Assembly (NCBI GenBank): GCA_004431415.1
Contig: QPMI01000468.1
Coordinates: 85,641-149,640, forward strand
Direction of reading: 5' to 3'
DNA from: Cyanophora paradoxa CCMP329
Lineage: Eukaryota; Plantae; Glaucophyta
DNA: 64,000 nt
Positions 23,952 to 36,537 of the stretch are shown here, piece by piece. Made by a program: the position numbers and the translations under genes. Position 1 is the stretch's first letter. Each line of letters starts with the position of its first letter. The notes below the pieces were generated by a model, which saw nothing but the letters and a program-made list of their open reading frames with translations, did no database searches and was not told the DNA's origin.

Positions 23952-26900
23952 ATGGCGGCGGCATCCCCTGGGCGAGAAGAACACGATGGAGGCGGGAAGC
24001 GGATTCGCAGCTTCAGCACTGGAGCGCTGCTTGGCCTCTCGCATGTGCGCTCGCCCCGAACTTGCAAGTTCTAGGGGGGATTCGATCGGTCGCCATGCGC
24101 CGCTCCCCGCGTCTCCCCGGGCTCTAGTTCTAGAATGATTCCGCTTTCATCCCGCGAGTGAGCCCCGCGCCGCTGCCACGTATGCCGTATGCCCATGCAT
24201 TCCCCTCTGGCGCCCGACACTCCGTGAAGCCGTTCGCTGCAAAGCGCAACCTCGCATCGCATTATCCTCCCAGTCGTCGTGAGATGTCTCATAGTGACCT
24301 CCCCGCCCGCGCCTTAAAGACCTCTCAGCAGCAGCTTAGCAGCAGGCGTCTCGGAGGTCAGCATTCGCAGCGCGGTTGGTACGGGGCGTGCAATCCTTAG
24401 CTCTTTGCTCTTTCCATCACTTCCAACATTTCCCCCTCCCTGCCAACAGCAATGTTCATCGTCATCGCCGCTGCGTGAGATTGAAGATTGACGTTCCGCT
24501 CGCAGGCCGTCGACTCTCTAGCAGCACTGGAAGCCTGCCTTGCGGAGAGGAAAGCGGTCGCTGACGCCCGCGTCCATGGCTTGCTGGAAGACATCGATGG
24601 ATTGCTTGCCGTGACCGACTCGGGTAACAGCCGCGCCCGCCGCGCTCGTGCATGCGGCGATGACCAATCGCTTCTGCGCGGTCGTAGAGTCCCTTCGACG
24701 CACGCTCACGCTTCCGCTGGGAGCAACGGGGCAAGAGTGAGCCGCGCTCTCAGCTGTCATTCCAGCGCATACTGAACGAGAACATCGCAGTCGGAGCGAG
24801 AGGGCGACGCCTCTCGAGATCCTCAACGCCATTCGTCGTGCGTTTGATTGTGCGTTATTCTTGTTCTGTGTGCTCACCGCCGCCGCAGTGCTCTCGGAAG
24901 ACTTCCGTGCGCGCCAGAGCACCAACAGCGCCCGCAGCCCACCCGCTGACGGCGCCTCGCAGTAACATGGACCGAGGAGGATGTGCTCATGCGGTTCGCG
25001 GACTTGCTCATGGAGCTGTCGCTCCTCCGGCCCATCTGCGCCCGCTGCTGGCCCGGCGAGAAGCTGTGCACGCGGTGCGGGCGCCCCCTCGCCCGCCGCC
25101 CGTGGAACGAGCGGCACTTGACCGACGCTCATCTGCGCGTTCGCGATCAATTTCAGGCTCCTGCGGGGCGTCCTGGAGTGCGCGCGCGTCGCGGAGCTCA
25201 TGGTGCGCCCCCGCGGCCCCTCCCCCCTCGGCGCCTCTAACCCACGGCGGCCCTCAGCTGTACGTGCGGGAGGCGGAGGAGGTAAGCACGCGCCGCCCCT
25301 CCGCGCCGCTGCGCGCGGCCGACGGGTTCGGGGCCCCAGCAGCACGCGGAGGGGCCGGCGGCGCTGCAGCGCAATGGCTCGGACGGGGCCGGCGTGACGC
25401 TGCGGCCGCCGCGGGGAGAGATGGCGGAGTGGGGCGCCGAGCGCGTCTGCACGATGCTGCTGCGCGAGTGGCTCCAGGAGCGGGCGCAGGACACCGCGGA
25501 CCGCGAGGGCGAAACGGAGGCCGCCACCTCGCCCACGCCCCAGGCGGACGAGGCGGCGGGGCCGGCCGCCGCTGCCTCCCGCGAGGGGCTCCCGCCCCTG
25601 CACGGGGGCCGCTCCTCGGGCACGTCGTCCCCGCGGCCTCGGGCTCGCTCCGCCACATTCGGAGGCGCGCCCCGCAGGCCCCTCGCGCGCCCCGCTCGCT
25701 GCGCCCGCGCCGAGCGCCGCCGCGCAGGATGTCGGTGCAGGCGATGTCCGCCCTCCCGAAGTCGGGCAGCGGCGGCGGCATGGGCGCGATCGTCGCGCGC
25801 GCCCTCGCCGCCTCCGCCGCCTCGGGCGGGAGCTCCACGCCGCAGCCGGGCCCCTCGCCCGCCCTGGGTCCCTCGCCCGAGCCCCTGCTGCTCTGCCGCA
25901 TCTGCGAGGAGATGGTGCGCGGCCCCGGCGAGGCGGAGTGGCCCGGCGCGGGCCGCTCAGCCCTTATCTCCGCAGGTGCCGCGGGAGGTCTTCGCGGAGC
26001 ACTCGAGGCACTGCTCCATCGAGCACGCGTTCGACGTCAAGCCCACGCACTGCAACGACAAGCTCCTCGAGGTCCGCTCCGCTTCGTTCTGTTTGTTTGC
26101 CACGCGTTCCTTGCGTTCCGAGGCGGGTGTCTGCGGGGCGGCAGCTCGCGGACGCCATCGCGGCGAAGCTGGCCGCGGCCGCCGGCCGCCGGCGCTCCTT
26201 CAACACGGAAGAGCGGCCGGCGCCGCACGAGGCGCGCTCCTCGAGCCAGAGCCCGCTGGCGCGCCCCGCCGCCCCCTTCTCCTCCCCCCCGGCCCAGTCC
26301 TGCACGGGCCTGACCCCGATTCACGTCCCCGGACCCTTCGAGACGCCCCACCTGGGGCCCTCGAACCTCGCGCCCGGCTCGCCGCGCCACCCGCCGCCGC
26401 GGGCGACGCCCTCGCTGCGGGGCCTCCAGTCCCCCGCAATCTCCTCCCACGCGGGACGCCCGCCCTCGCCCGTCTTCTCCGGCTCGCCGGGCGAGATCCT
26501 GCAGCGCCTCTGCCGCCGGGCCTCGATGCTCCACCCGGGGAGCCTCGGCTGCGCCCGCAGCATCTCCGTGCTCCAGAACGAGTGCTCGGAGCTCATCGCC
26601 GCCCTGGAGGAGGCCGCCGACGTGCGCCCGCCCGCCCGCCCGCCCGCCCGCTTGCCCGGCCGAGTGCGCCCCCTGAGCCGTCGCAGCGGGCGGAGGGGGG
26701 CGACGCGGAGGAGCGCGCCGACGTTCACGGGTGGCTCGAGATCGCGCAGCGCGTCGAGACGGGCGCGCGATCCGCCCGCCCTTTCCGCGCCGCGCCGCGC
26801 CGCCGCCCCGCGCCGCGCTGACGCCGTGGCGGGGCGCGGCGCAGCGCTGGAACTGAAGAGCGCGACGCTGCACGCGGCGGCGACGCGGCGGGAAAGCGTG

Positions 26901-29900
26901 GACGCCTCGGCCCGGGGCTCGCCGGCCAAGCAGCGGCTTGACCTGCTCCTCGCCTCGGCCCGCCGCCTCTCGGTCGCCTCGGGCGGGCCCTTCGCCTCCG
27001 GCTCCTCCTCATGCGGCTCGCCCGCCCCCGCCCTCCTCCCCTTCCTCTCGAACGCGGCGGCGGCGGCCGCGGCCACGGCGGAGGCGGCGGCGCGCGCCGG
27101 CTCGCCCCTCTCGGAGAGCGGGAGCCGCAGCGGAAGCAGTGCGAGCGGCTCGCCGCGGGACGCGCGCCAGCTGCGCCGGCGCTCCAGCCCGCGGCCGGCC
27201 GGCACCGACGGCAGCGGCTCGCCCGCCTCGCGCGGGGCCCGCCCCTCCGCTCCCCGTCCCCGGCGGCGCTCCCCGGCAGCGGCGCGGCCGGCCCGGCGCG
27301 CGGCGGCTGCGGCCGTCGTCGCTGCAGCAGATCAACGCGGCGACGGCGGCGGCGCGCCGCGCGGGGCGCGTCACCATCGACGACTTTGACATCTTGAAGG
27401 CGAGCGCCGCCCCGCCAGGCTCTCCGTTGGGACCGCGCTGACGGCGGGGCGGGCGGGCGGGCGCAGCCGATCTCGAAGGGCGGGCACGGGCGCGTCTTCC
27501 TGGCGCGCAAGAAGCGCACCGGCGACATCTTCGCCATCAAGGCGCGCCAGGGCAGAAAGGAAGGAAGGAAGGAAGGAAGGCCCCTAAACTCGCTCGCTCG
27601 GCAGGTGCTGCGGAAGCGGGAGGTGCGGCGCAAGAAGCTGGTGCAGCACGTGCGCACCGAGAAGGACATCCTCGCGTGGGCCTCCAACGCCACCCCATTC
27701 GTCGTCCGCCTCTTCTACGCCTTCCAGGTGCGGGCGAGACCCCTAGGAGGAGGAAGGGGGCGCCGCTGCCTGCCCGAGCCCAGCTTACACCCGACGCGCC
27801 TCGCCCCCGCCTTGACGCGCCTCTCCTACGCCCTCCAGTCGCGCCACCACCTCTTCCTCGTCACTGAGTACTGCCCCGGTGCGCCCGCCCCCCCCCCGCC
27901 GCCCCTCGGGCTCGAGCCGGCCGGCCCGCGGCCGCTGAGTGCGCGCGGGGCGAGCGGCAGGCGGCGACCTCTTCTCGTTGCTGCGGACGGTGGGGAGCCT
28001 GGGGGAGGAGACGGCGAGGCAGTACGTCGGCGAGCTCGTCCTCGCCCTCGCCTACCTCCACTCCGTCGGGGTACGCTGTGTCCCGGCCTCGCCCGCCCGA
28101 CCCTTTAAGAGCCGACCGCCGACCGCAGATCATCCACCGCGACCTCGTTCGTCCCTTCCTCCTCCTCCTCCACGCGCCCGCCCCGCCGCCACCGCCACCG
28201 CCGCCGCCGCCGGCTTACGGCCGCCCGCCGTGCGCCGCAGAAGCCCGACAACGTCCTCGTGGACGCCCGCGGGCACCTCCGCCTGACCGACTTCGGTGCG
28301 GCGCCCGCCCGCCCTCCTCCTCTCCGGGACGTGACCCGCGGGGCGGCGGGGCAGGCCTCTCCCGCCTCGGGGTGACGCACGGCAAGCCCTGCAACGAGGC
28401 GGCGGCGGCGGCGGCCCTCGCGGCGCCGGGCTCGCCCGGCCCGCGCCGGGGCGGGGGCCTCTCCCCGCAGGCCCCGCCCCGCGCGACTCGAGCTCCGGAG
28501 GCTCGACCCGCTCCCCGTCCCGCACCCCTCGGCCCGCCCCAGGGCGCCGCCCCGCCCCTCTCGCCTCGGGCGGGCCCGGCCTGGCGCCGCCGCCGGGCGG
28601 GCGCGGCGGCGGTCGGGCTCGGGCGAGGCGCTGGACCCGGCGGCGGCGGCGGCGGCCTCGCTGCTCCAGCACGACGAGGTCCTCTTGGACGCCGTGCTCA
28701 GCCGTCACCGCCACGAGGCCCCGGGCGCGGCCGCCGGGCCCTCCCCGGTCCCGCCACGCCGGGCTCGCCGGGCGCGGCGGGGCGCGCGGCGGCCGCGGCG
28801 CGCGGGCGGCGGCGCTCGATGGCCTGCCCGCCGACCTGCAGCCGCGCGCGACGGCGGCCGCCCTCTCCGAGCGCGACGAGCGCTGCGCCGGCGACCTCCA
28901 CCAGTCCCTCTCCCCCTCGGCCCGCGCCGGCGCCGCCGGCCGGCCGCCCCTCCCGCCCTCCCTCGCCGCCCTGCAGCTCCCCCCCAGCAGCACGGGGCGA
29001 GCCTCTCCTCGCCGCGGACCCTCGCCGCCGGCGCCGGCCCCTCCGAGAAGGCTTCGTCGCTGGGCCCGGGTCCCTCCCTCCTCCTGACCCTGCCCCCGAC
29101 CCCTCCCGCCGGCCCCGAGCCGTCCCCCGCAACCGCCGTCCCCCCCATCAGCGCTCCCGGCCTCAACTCGCTGCACGGCGCCCCGCCCACCCCGCACCGC
29201 CGCTCCTCCTCGCCGAACCCGCTCGCCGCGTCGCCGCGGGGCCCCGCCGGGCGCCCCGCAAAGGAGGAGCGGGGCACGGGCGTCTGCGGGACGCCGGACT
29301 ACCTCAGCCCCGAGCTGCTGCGGGGCGAGGCGCACGGCCCCTCCGTCGTGCGCCCGCCCGCCCCGCCCCGCCCCGCGCCGCTCGCCCGCGCCCCTCGCGC
29401 CGCCCTGACGCTCGGTGCTCCAGGACTGGTGGGCCCTCGGAGCGATCACGTTCGAGCTGCTGGTCGGCGTTCCCCCCTTCCACGCCCCTACCCCCGACGC
29501 AATCTTCCGCAACATCCTCGCCGGGCGCATCCCCTGGCCCGGTCCGCCGCCACCCGCCCCGCCCCACGCTTAGATCTAATCTGCGCAGGCGAGCCGGGCT
29601 CCGGGGGCGACCCGGAGGCGGAGCCGCTCTCCCCCGAGGCGCGCGACTTCGTGGGGCGGCTGCTGGAGCCGGACCCGGCGCGGCGCCTCGGGGCCGGCGG
29701 CTCGGGCGAGGTCCAGAACCACCCCTTCCTCGCCGGCCTCGACTGGAAGAGCCTCTACCAGGTGCCCTCGCCAAGCTAAGCTAACCTAAATCAAAGCTAA
29801 GCTTGAAAGCTTAGTAGGTAGTTGAACCTAAATCCAAGCCAAGCCAATTATAGCTAGCTAAGCTAGCTACGCCGCGCTACGTTGCGCTGCGCCACGCTTC

Positions 29901-32381
29901 GCTGAGCCCGCTGGACAGGCGGAGGGCGTCTTCGTTCCGCAGCTGGAGGACGCCGCGGACACCTCCTACTTTGACCGTGCGCCCGCCCCCGCCCGGCCCA
30001 GCTCTGTTTCGCGGTCCGACGCGGGGGGCGGCAGCGCGCAAGGAGATCTTCTCGCAGGTCCGCATGACAGACCTCCTCCCGAGCCTCCGCGACTGCGCCG
30101 GCGTCTCCGGCGAGGTGCGGTACCCCTCTTGTGCATCTCCTCTGCGGTCCGCGATCGAGCGGGCGGGCGGGCGCGCGGCGGCGCAGGGCGGCGGCGGAGA
30201 CGGGAGCGGGCAGGACAGCGGGCCGCGGAGCACGCGGGCCTCGTCCTCGCGGCGGGCCTCGGAGCGCGACAACGCCGTCTCCTCCGCCTCCTCCTCGCCC
30301 GTCCCCGCCACGCTGCCGCCCCCCGTGCCGCAGCCGGCGCCCCCGCCCGGCGGGCACGTGCACGCCCTCTCCACCACCTCGTCGCCCCTGCCGCGCTCCG
30401 GGTCCGGCTCGGCGCCGGCGGGGGCCGGAGAGCTGGAGGCGTTGAGCCTGCCGCGGGCCCGCTCGGGTCGGTGCCGGAGCGGCGGCCGCTGCGGAGCCTC
30501 GGGGCGGGTCTGGAGGAGCGGCCGCCGCAGGGCCCCGGACTCATCTTCAGCCCCTCGGGCCTCGGCGGCGCCCTCGCCGTCTCCGTTCCGGGCCCCTCCG
30601 GCGGAATCGGCGCCCTGGGCCGCCGCACCTCGTGGGAGTCAGGCCCCGGCGGCTCCGGCCCCGGTGGCCCCGGGGGAGGCGCCGGCGGCGGCTTCCCCAC
30701 GCCGCGGGCCGGCTCGGACGGGGCGCCCTCGGGCCCTGGCTCCCCCGCGGACCTCGCGGCTCGACTGCTCTCGCAGGCGCGGCGCCGCTCGTCGGACTCG
30801 GCGCAGGCCCGCCGCCGCCCCGCCGCCCCGCCCCGCCCGCACCGTTTCGTCGCCGCCGGCTGAGGGGCGGGGCGCGCGCGCAGAGCCTCTCGAGCAGCCT
30901 CGCGGAGCTGTCGCTTCTGGAGCCGCGCGAGGGCGAGGGCGAGGGCGGGGGCGAGGGCGGGGGCGAGCAGCAGCAGCAGCAGCAGGAGAGCAGCTCCCCG
31001 AGCCGCTCCGACAGGTGCCCGCCCCGCCTCCGCGCCCGCCCGCCCGCCCGGCGCCGCGAGGCCGACTCGTGCGCAGCTCGGGCGGGGATGACGGGGGGGA
31101 GGAAGCAGAAGGCGAGGGCGAGGGCGGGGGGGCGCCGGCGGCCCCGCGTGGGCGCGCCGCAGCTCGAGCAGCAGCAGCTCGTCGGCGGGGCGGGGCGGCG
31201 GGGCGGGGCGCGGCCGCCGGCGGCGGCGCCGCCGCTCGAAGGACGGCTCGACCTTCCGCGCCTTCGATTTCTCCAACGTCTCCAACCTCCTCGCGCTCAA
31301 CTCCCAGATCCTCCAGCAGTGCGCCGTCCCTCTCGCTTCCGCTCTGGCCGCAGCAGCGGCTGACGGGCGGGCGGGCGCGCGCGCAGCCTGCAGGAGTCGG
31401 GCGGGGCGGGGCGGGCGAGGAGGGCCCGGGATGCAGCGAGGGGACCCCGAGGCGGAGGCGGCGGTGGCGGCGGCAGTGGCGGCCGCGACGGGCACGGGCG
31501 CCGAGGGCGCCGCCGTGCTCGAGACGCGCTACCTGAGCTCCCTGATCCAGCAGCGGCGGGGCCTGCCGGGCCTCCTCGGGAGCGGCGCCCACGGTTCGGC
31601 CGGCTCGCTCCTGCCGCCCGCGCCCGTACCCCTGCGCGACCGGGAGCGCCGCGCCACGTGGTCCTCGCAGCAGCTCGCCCCCTCCTCGGCCGCCCCGCCG
31701 CCCCCCGCCTCTTCCAGCCACGCCCTCGAGGGCCTCGCCTCGAGCCGCCACCGCTCCGCGTCGATGGCGAGCCGCACGCACGCCCTCACGGGCTCGTACC
31801 GGCGCCCGGCGGGCCCCGCCGACTCGCGGGCGCCGGTCACCGTGCGGCCGCCCTCGCCGGCCTCGCAGGCCTCGCCCCGCACCTCGCCCTCGCCCTCCTC
31901 CTCCCGCACCAGCCCGGTGCCCTCGGGCAACACCCCGCCCTCCAACCCCCTCGCGGCCCCTCCGCCGGCGGGCTGCCCCGCCCCTGCCCCTGCCGCTGCC
32001 GCTGCCGCGCGGGTCTCCCCGCCGCCGCCCGACGAGGCGGGCGGCTCCTCGGAGAGCTCGAGCCCGCGGGGCCTCTCGCCGCGCCCCGCCGACGCCCTCC
32101 GCTCCCGCGCGCTCCTCCAGTCGCTGGCGCGGCGCGCGAACCCCGCCGGCGTCGGCGGCTCGACGCCGAGCTCCGGGGGCGGCACGCCCTCCGGGGACCG
32201 TGGCGGGGTAGAGCGCGGGGACCTGCACACGCTCCACGGGCTGCACCACCACCCGCCCTCCTCCTCCTCGCTCAGCTCCTCCTCCATCTCCTCGTCGCCC
32301 CCCACGAGCCCCCTCCTCCGCCCCTCCGCCTCGCCCACCTCGGACGCGCCGGCGCCGGCGCCGGCGCCCCCTCCCTCCTGA
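23952..32381 (+). CDS. IRE/Rim15/MAST-Greatwall-family AGC Ser/Thr kinase
   Basis: CRICEEM|[13 protein letters not shown] finger; DDFDILK|[22 protein letters not shown]|KPDN, TDFG|LS, long insert, [37 protein letters not shown]. The start codon is tentative. Confidence 0.88.
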
Positions 32382-33074
32382 ACGCTTATTTATCACCTAT
32401 TTCAAGCTTCGGCGCAGTGATTTATCAGTGTACTCAGAGCAGGCTTCTGCAGCCGTCCATATCGTTTTTTCAAAGGTTATCACAGTATACGTAGGAGCAG
32501 TGCGTTTGAGAGTTCTTCTGCGGGTGTGCACACCCGCAGCGCCGCAGCTGGCGTCGCAGTGTCGTATAGAGAGCTTAGGGTCTCATTTCAATATTCTCCG
32601 TACACCGTGGCACGTAAACGTGCATCCATCATGCCGAGCTCCGAGGCTCGGGCTTAGAAGCCTTAGATAAAGATCGCAGGATCGTCAGACGTCGACGTCG
32701 GCGTTCGCTTCGGATCATATGCATGATGATCATGAGCGCGACCAATTTGAAGGGGGGGAGGAGGAGCTCGAGGGGGGGATCAACTTCGGAGGGGCGGCTT
32801 GCAATTGCAATTGGATCGGAGGCAGCACGCGCTCGCACTGTGGCAGCCCCAGCCCCAGCCCAGCCTCGTCTCAGTGAGCTTATCAGCTCAGCTAAGCGGG
32901 CTAACGTGGCCGGGACGCTGAGAGCTGCACCGCTGCAGGAAACAGGCAGCGGACGGGCGCCGAGCCGGCCGCGGGGGGTGGTGCGGCGTAGCGAGCCAGC
33001 GACGCCAGTGCTTATCCTGAGAGAACGGAAGGGTTTCGAAGCGAGCCGTAGCCTCTAGCTAGCTCGCCCGGTCC

Positions 33075-35445
33075 ATGCCCTCGCGAGCTTCGCCGCAAAA
33101 AATGTCTCCCGAGGTACTCGCGTCGGCTTCCGTCGCACCTTCCTTTCGAAGCAAATGACCCCACGCGCCACAGGAGCACCTCCGCGCGTGCGCCCGCTTC
33201 CTGCAGCGCCACGCGGATCTCGCGGCGTTCGAGCCCATCGGTGCGCGCACGCGACCCGCCGGCCGCGTCGATCGGAGCTGACGCGGGCGCAGACATGCTG
33301 CTCGAGGACGCGGCGTGGCGGCCGCCGCCGGAGTGGGAGCGATTCCTCGACGGGCTCCCGCTCGGCGCGATCCAGCGGCTCCCGGTCGCCGACCTGCAGA
33401 CCGAGCTGCGGCGGGCGCCGGAGACGCTGCGCGCCTTCGTCGGCGACGCGCGGGCGCTGGCGCTGCCGCGGGCGCCGCTGCGGGACCCGGCGATCAGCCA
33501 GCGGCGGCACGCGGAGCTGGCGCAGCGGCTGCTGCGGCGGACGGCGCAGAAGAAGGGATACGAGGCGCTCGAGATGGCCGAGATGGTCCACGAGGTCTCC
33601 CTCGACGTCAACACCAGCACCGTCATCGACGTCGGGTGCGGCGCCCGCGCCCGCCAGCTCCGATCCGCGGCGCGCGCCGCGGCCTCGGCCCGGGCCGGGC
33701 TGGGCGGCGGCCGACGCGGGCGGGCGCGCGGGCGGGCGCAGGGCCGGGCAGGGCTGCCTCGCGCAAGTGCTGGCGGGGCTCTACGGCCTCAACGTCATCG
33801 CTGTGGAGGCGAACGCGGCGCACACCGAACGGCGCGCCCCGGTCCCCGCCCGCCTCGGCCTCGGCCCCGGCCTCGGCCTCGGCCCCCGCTGACACGCACG
33901 GCAGGCTGCGCGAGCGTGTGGCGCGGGTGCCGGAGAGCCCGCCGGGCCCCGGGGAGGAGGGCGAGGGCGACGTGGGGGCCGTCTACTCGCGGACCCTGAC
34001 GGTGGACGCCGCGACGGGCGAGGAGGCGCTCTGGGCGGCCGCGGGGGACGCGGTGCCGGGCCGCCGCGCCGTCCTCACGGCCCTGCACGGCTGCGGCGAC
34101 CTCGTGTCGAACCTCCTGCGCCTCTACGCCCGCTCGCCCTCCATCCGCGGTGCCGTCCTCGTCGGCTGGTGCGCCCGCGCGGCCGCCCCGGCCGCCCGCT
34201 CGCGGCCGGACTTAAGCTTTAGAACCTGCTTGGATAACATCCCGCCAAATTGAAGCGAGCCGTCGTGCAATTAATCGTACGCCGGCGGCGCCGCGCCCGC
34301 GCGCAGCTGCTACCAGAAGCTGACCGAGGAGGGCTGCACGTCTGACCCGCGCGAGAACGGTGCGCGGGCGGGCCGGCGCCGGCCGCGGGGCGCTGATTTA
34401 CCCCCCTGCAGCGGTGCGGAGGCCCGAGGCGGCGCGCGAGGCGTGCGGCCTGCCGCTCAGCAGCGCGGCGCGGGAGGAGGGGTACCGCATGGGCTGGCCC
34501 GCCCGCAACCTCGCCGTCAAGAGGTGGCGGCGCCCCCGACCCACGCCACGCCCCGCGCCGCCCGTCTCAGGGGCGGGGCGGGGCAGCCCGGAGCGGTTCG
34601 CGGCGGAGGCGGGGGAGTCGTTCGCCCAAGGAGCCCTCTTCGATTCGTACCGGGCCGCCCTGCAGCCCCTCCTCGCCGCACACTGCGCCCACCTGCCCCC
34701 GCGGGTACGCCCCGCTCCCGCCCCCGCCCCCGCCCCGCCCTCTGAGCCCTGATCCGAGCTTCGACTCTGGCAGGATCGGGTGATCGGGAAGCTCCCGAAG
34801 GGGCAGCTGGGCGGCTTCCCGGAGTACGCCAGCGCGGTCCGTGCTTCCTCCGCCCTCCATCCCTCCGCCTCGCCTTCGCGCGGGCCGACCGCCCCCGGCG
34901 GCAGGCGCTGGGGCGGCTCGACCCTGCGAAGCGCGGGGCGGCAGTCGAGGCCCTCATACAGTGCGCGCCCTTCCGCGGCCGTCCGCCCGCCCGCCCGCTC
35001 CGCCCTCCGACGCCGCGCCGCGGGCAGGGACCCCGAGCCCCTCGCCGCGGCGGGGGCGTGGGCGCCGTGGATGCCGGCCCGCGTCGCCTGGCTCCACGCC
35101 CTCCGCGCCGTCCTCGTGCGCTCCGGGCGCTGAGCGGCGCGGGGCGCCGTCGACTGAGCGTCGGGCGGCAGGCGCCCGTGCTGGAGACGTACGTGCTCCT
35201 GGATCGCCTCTGCTTCGCGCGGGAGGCGGTGCCGGGCTCGGACTGCAGCCTGGTGCCCCTCTTCGACGCCCGCCTCTCCCCGCGCAACGTCGCCCTCGTC
35301 CTCGCCCGCCGCGTCCGCCCCCGCCCCGCCCCGCCGCCGGCCTGGCATGGCCCGTCCCGCCGACGAAGCGGGGGCGGGGCGGCAGCCGGCGGAGGGCGAC
35401 GAGTTCGACGAGGCCGTCACTGTCGACATCGACGCCTATTTCTGA
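33075..35445 (+). CDS. METTL25/RRNAD1-family (Methyltransf_32) SAM-dependent methyltransferase
   Basis: KKGYE, VIDVG|[16 protein letters not shown]|[39 protein letters not shown]. Confidence 0.88.
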
Positions 35446-35705
35446 CACGGCCCGGCGCCCCGGCCGTGCGCTCCGCGCGCGAATCGCGCGCCGCCGCGCG
35501 CGGCGCTGTATCGGCTTGGGTTTATGATGATTTATGATCGCGCCACTATGTTCTTTAATTTATGACGTGCCATCGAGCTCCGAAGACGGGGCGGGCCGGC
35601 GCGGGTTCTCGTGGGGCGTTGCAGTTGGGCCGAAACCTCCTACCGGTACCCAGCTGCAGGCCAGTCATCGAACAGCCCATAAGCTCGACTCACACAGCCG
35701 CCGCC

Positions 35706-36042
35706 ATGTCGGACCACTCCGCTCGCGATACCTGCGACGTTTCCATCCAGCAGGCGCCGATTTGCGACCCCCCGCACTGCCGGACTCTTGTTCCGTGGGC
35801 CAACAAGGCGAGCCTCGCCTACTTCCGCAGGTCGCTTCTCGACGAGTCCCAGCAGGTTCGAAATCCTTCCCAGCGCTGCGCCGCGGCGTCTGAATGCGCC
35901 GGCGCAGGACGTGGAGGAGGTCTCCGCGGCACTTACTTGTGACGCGCTTGCCGTCGAGTCCGGCGCGGCCGCGGGCGACGCCGATCTGCTGGTCGACTGC
36001 GCCGAGCTCGAAATCGAGGAGGTGGAGCTCGCTTTCCTGTAA
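35706..36042 (+). CDS. Small acidic hypothetical protein (~75 aa, 3 exons)
   Basis: ATG in GCCGCCATG context; two short introns join to ...DVEEVSAALTCDAL...DCAELEIEEVELAFL*. Confidence 0.5.
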
Positions 36043-36537
36043 GCCCAGCGCGGCGTTTTCCTGTTGGCGTGGTGGGCCCTGGCCTCTCGCGAGCCCAGCC
36101 TAGGGGGCGGCCCCGAGCCCTGGGGCGGCCTCGGTTCCTTATTTGAAGTTATAATATGCAATAATTAGGTGAAAGCGACCCCGCCGAGCCCGCCGCGCAT
36201 TTAACAGCCGAAGCGGCTTAAAGAGCCGTGACGTCGACGTCGCCCGCGGCACGAGTGTACATGTGCGCAACGGAGGGAAAGCACGTCGAAAGACATAAAT
36301 AGCACATTCCGGATTTCGGAAACCTTTTTGTCGGCCGTGGGCGACCGAGCCGGGTCTGTTCGGCCACTGGAGCTCCCAGCTGCAAATGCAGCATGCACAT
36401 CCCCGACCGGAGCCTTGACCCGCGAGTAACCCGATACAAAGATGCTGCTGTCCTATTTTCAAACATTATGATGGCTAGGGGAAACAAACGCTTCGACTGA
36501 GGGGCTAGAGGCGACCCGCGGGCGCGGGGCGAGGTGC

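Noticed and set aside
35850-35875. GGTTCGAAATCC resembling a tRNA T-loop
   Set aside because: It is an intron donor region and no cloverleaf forms. No tRNA or rRNA genes were seen in the window.
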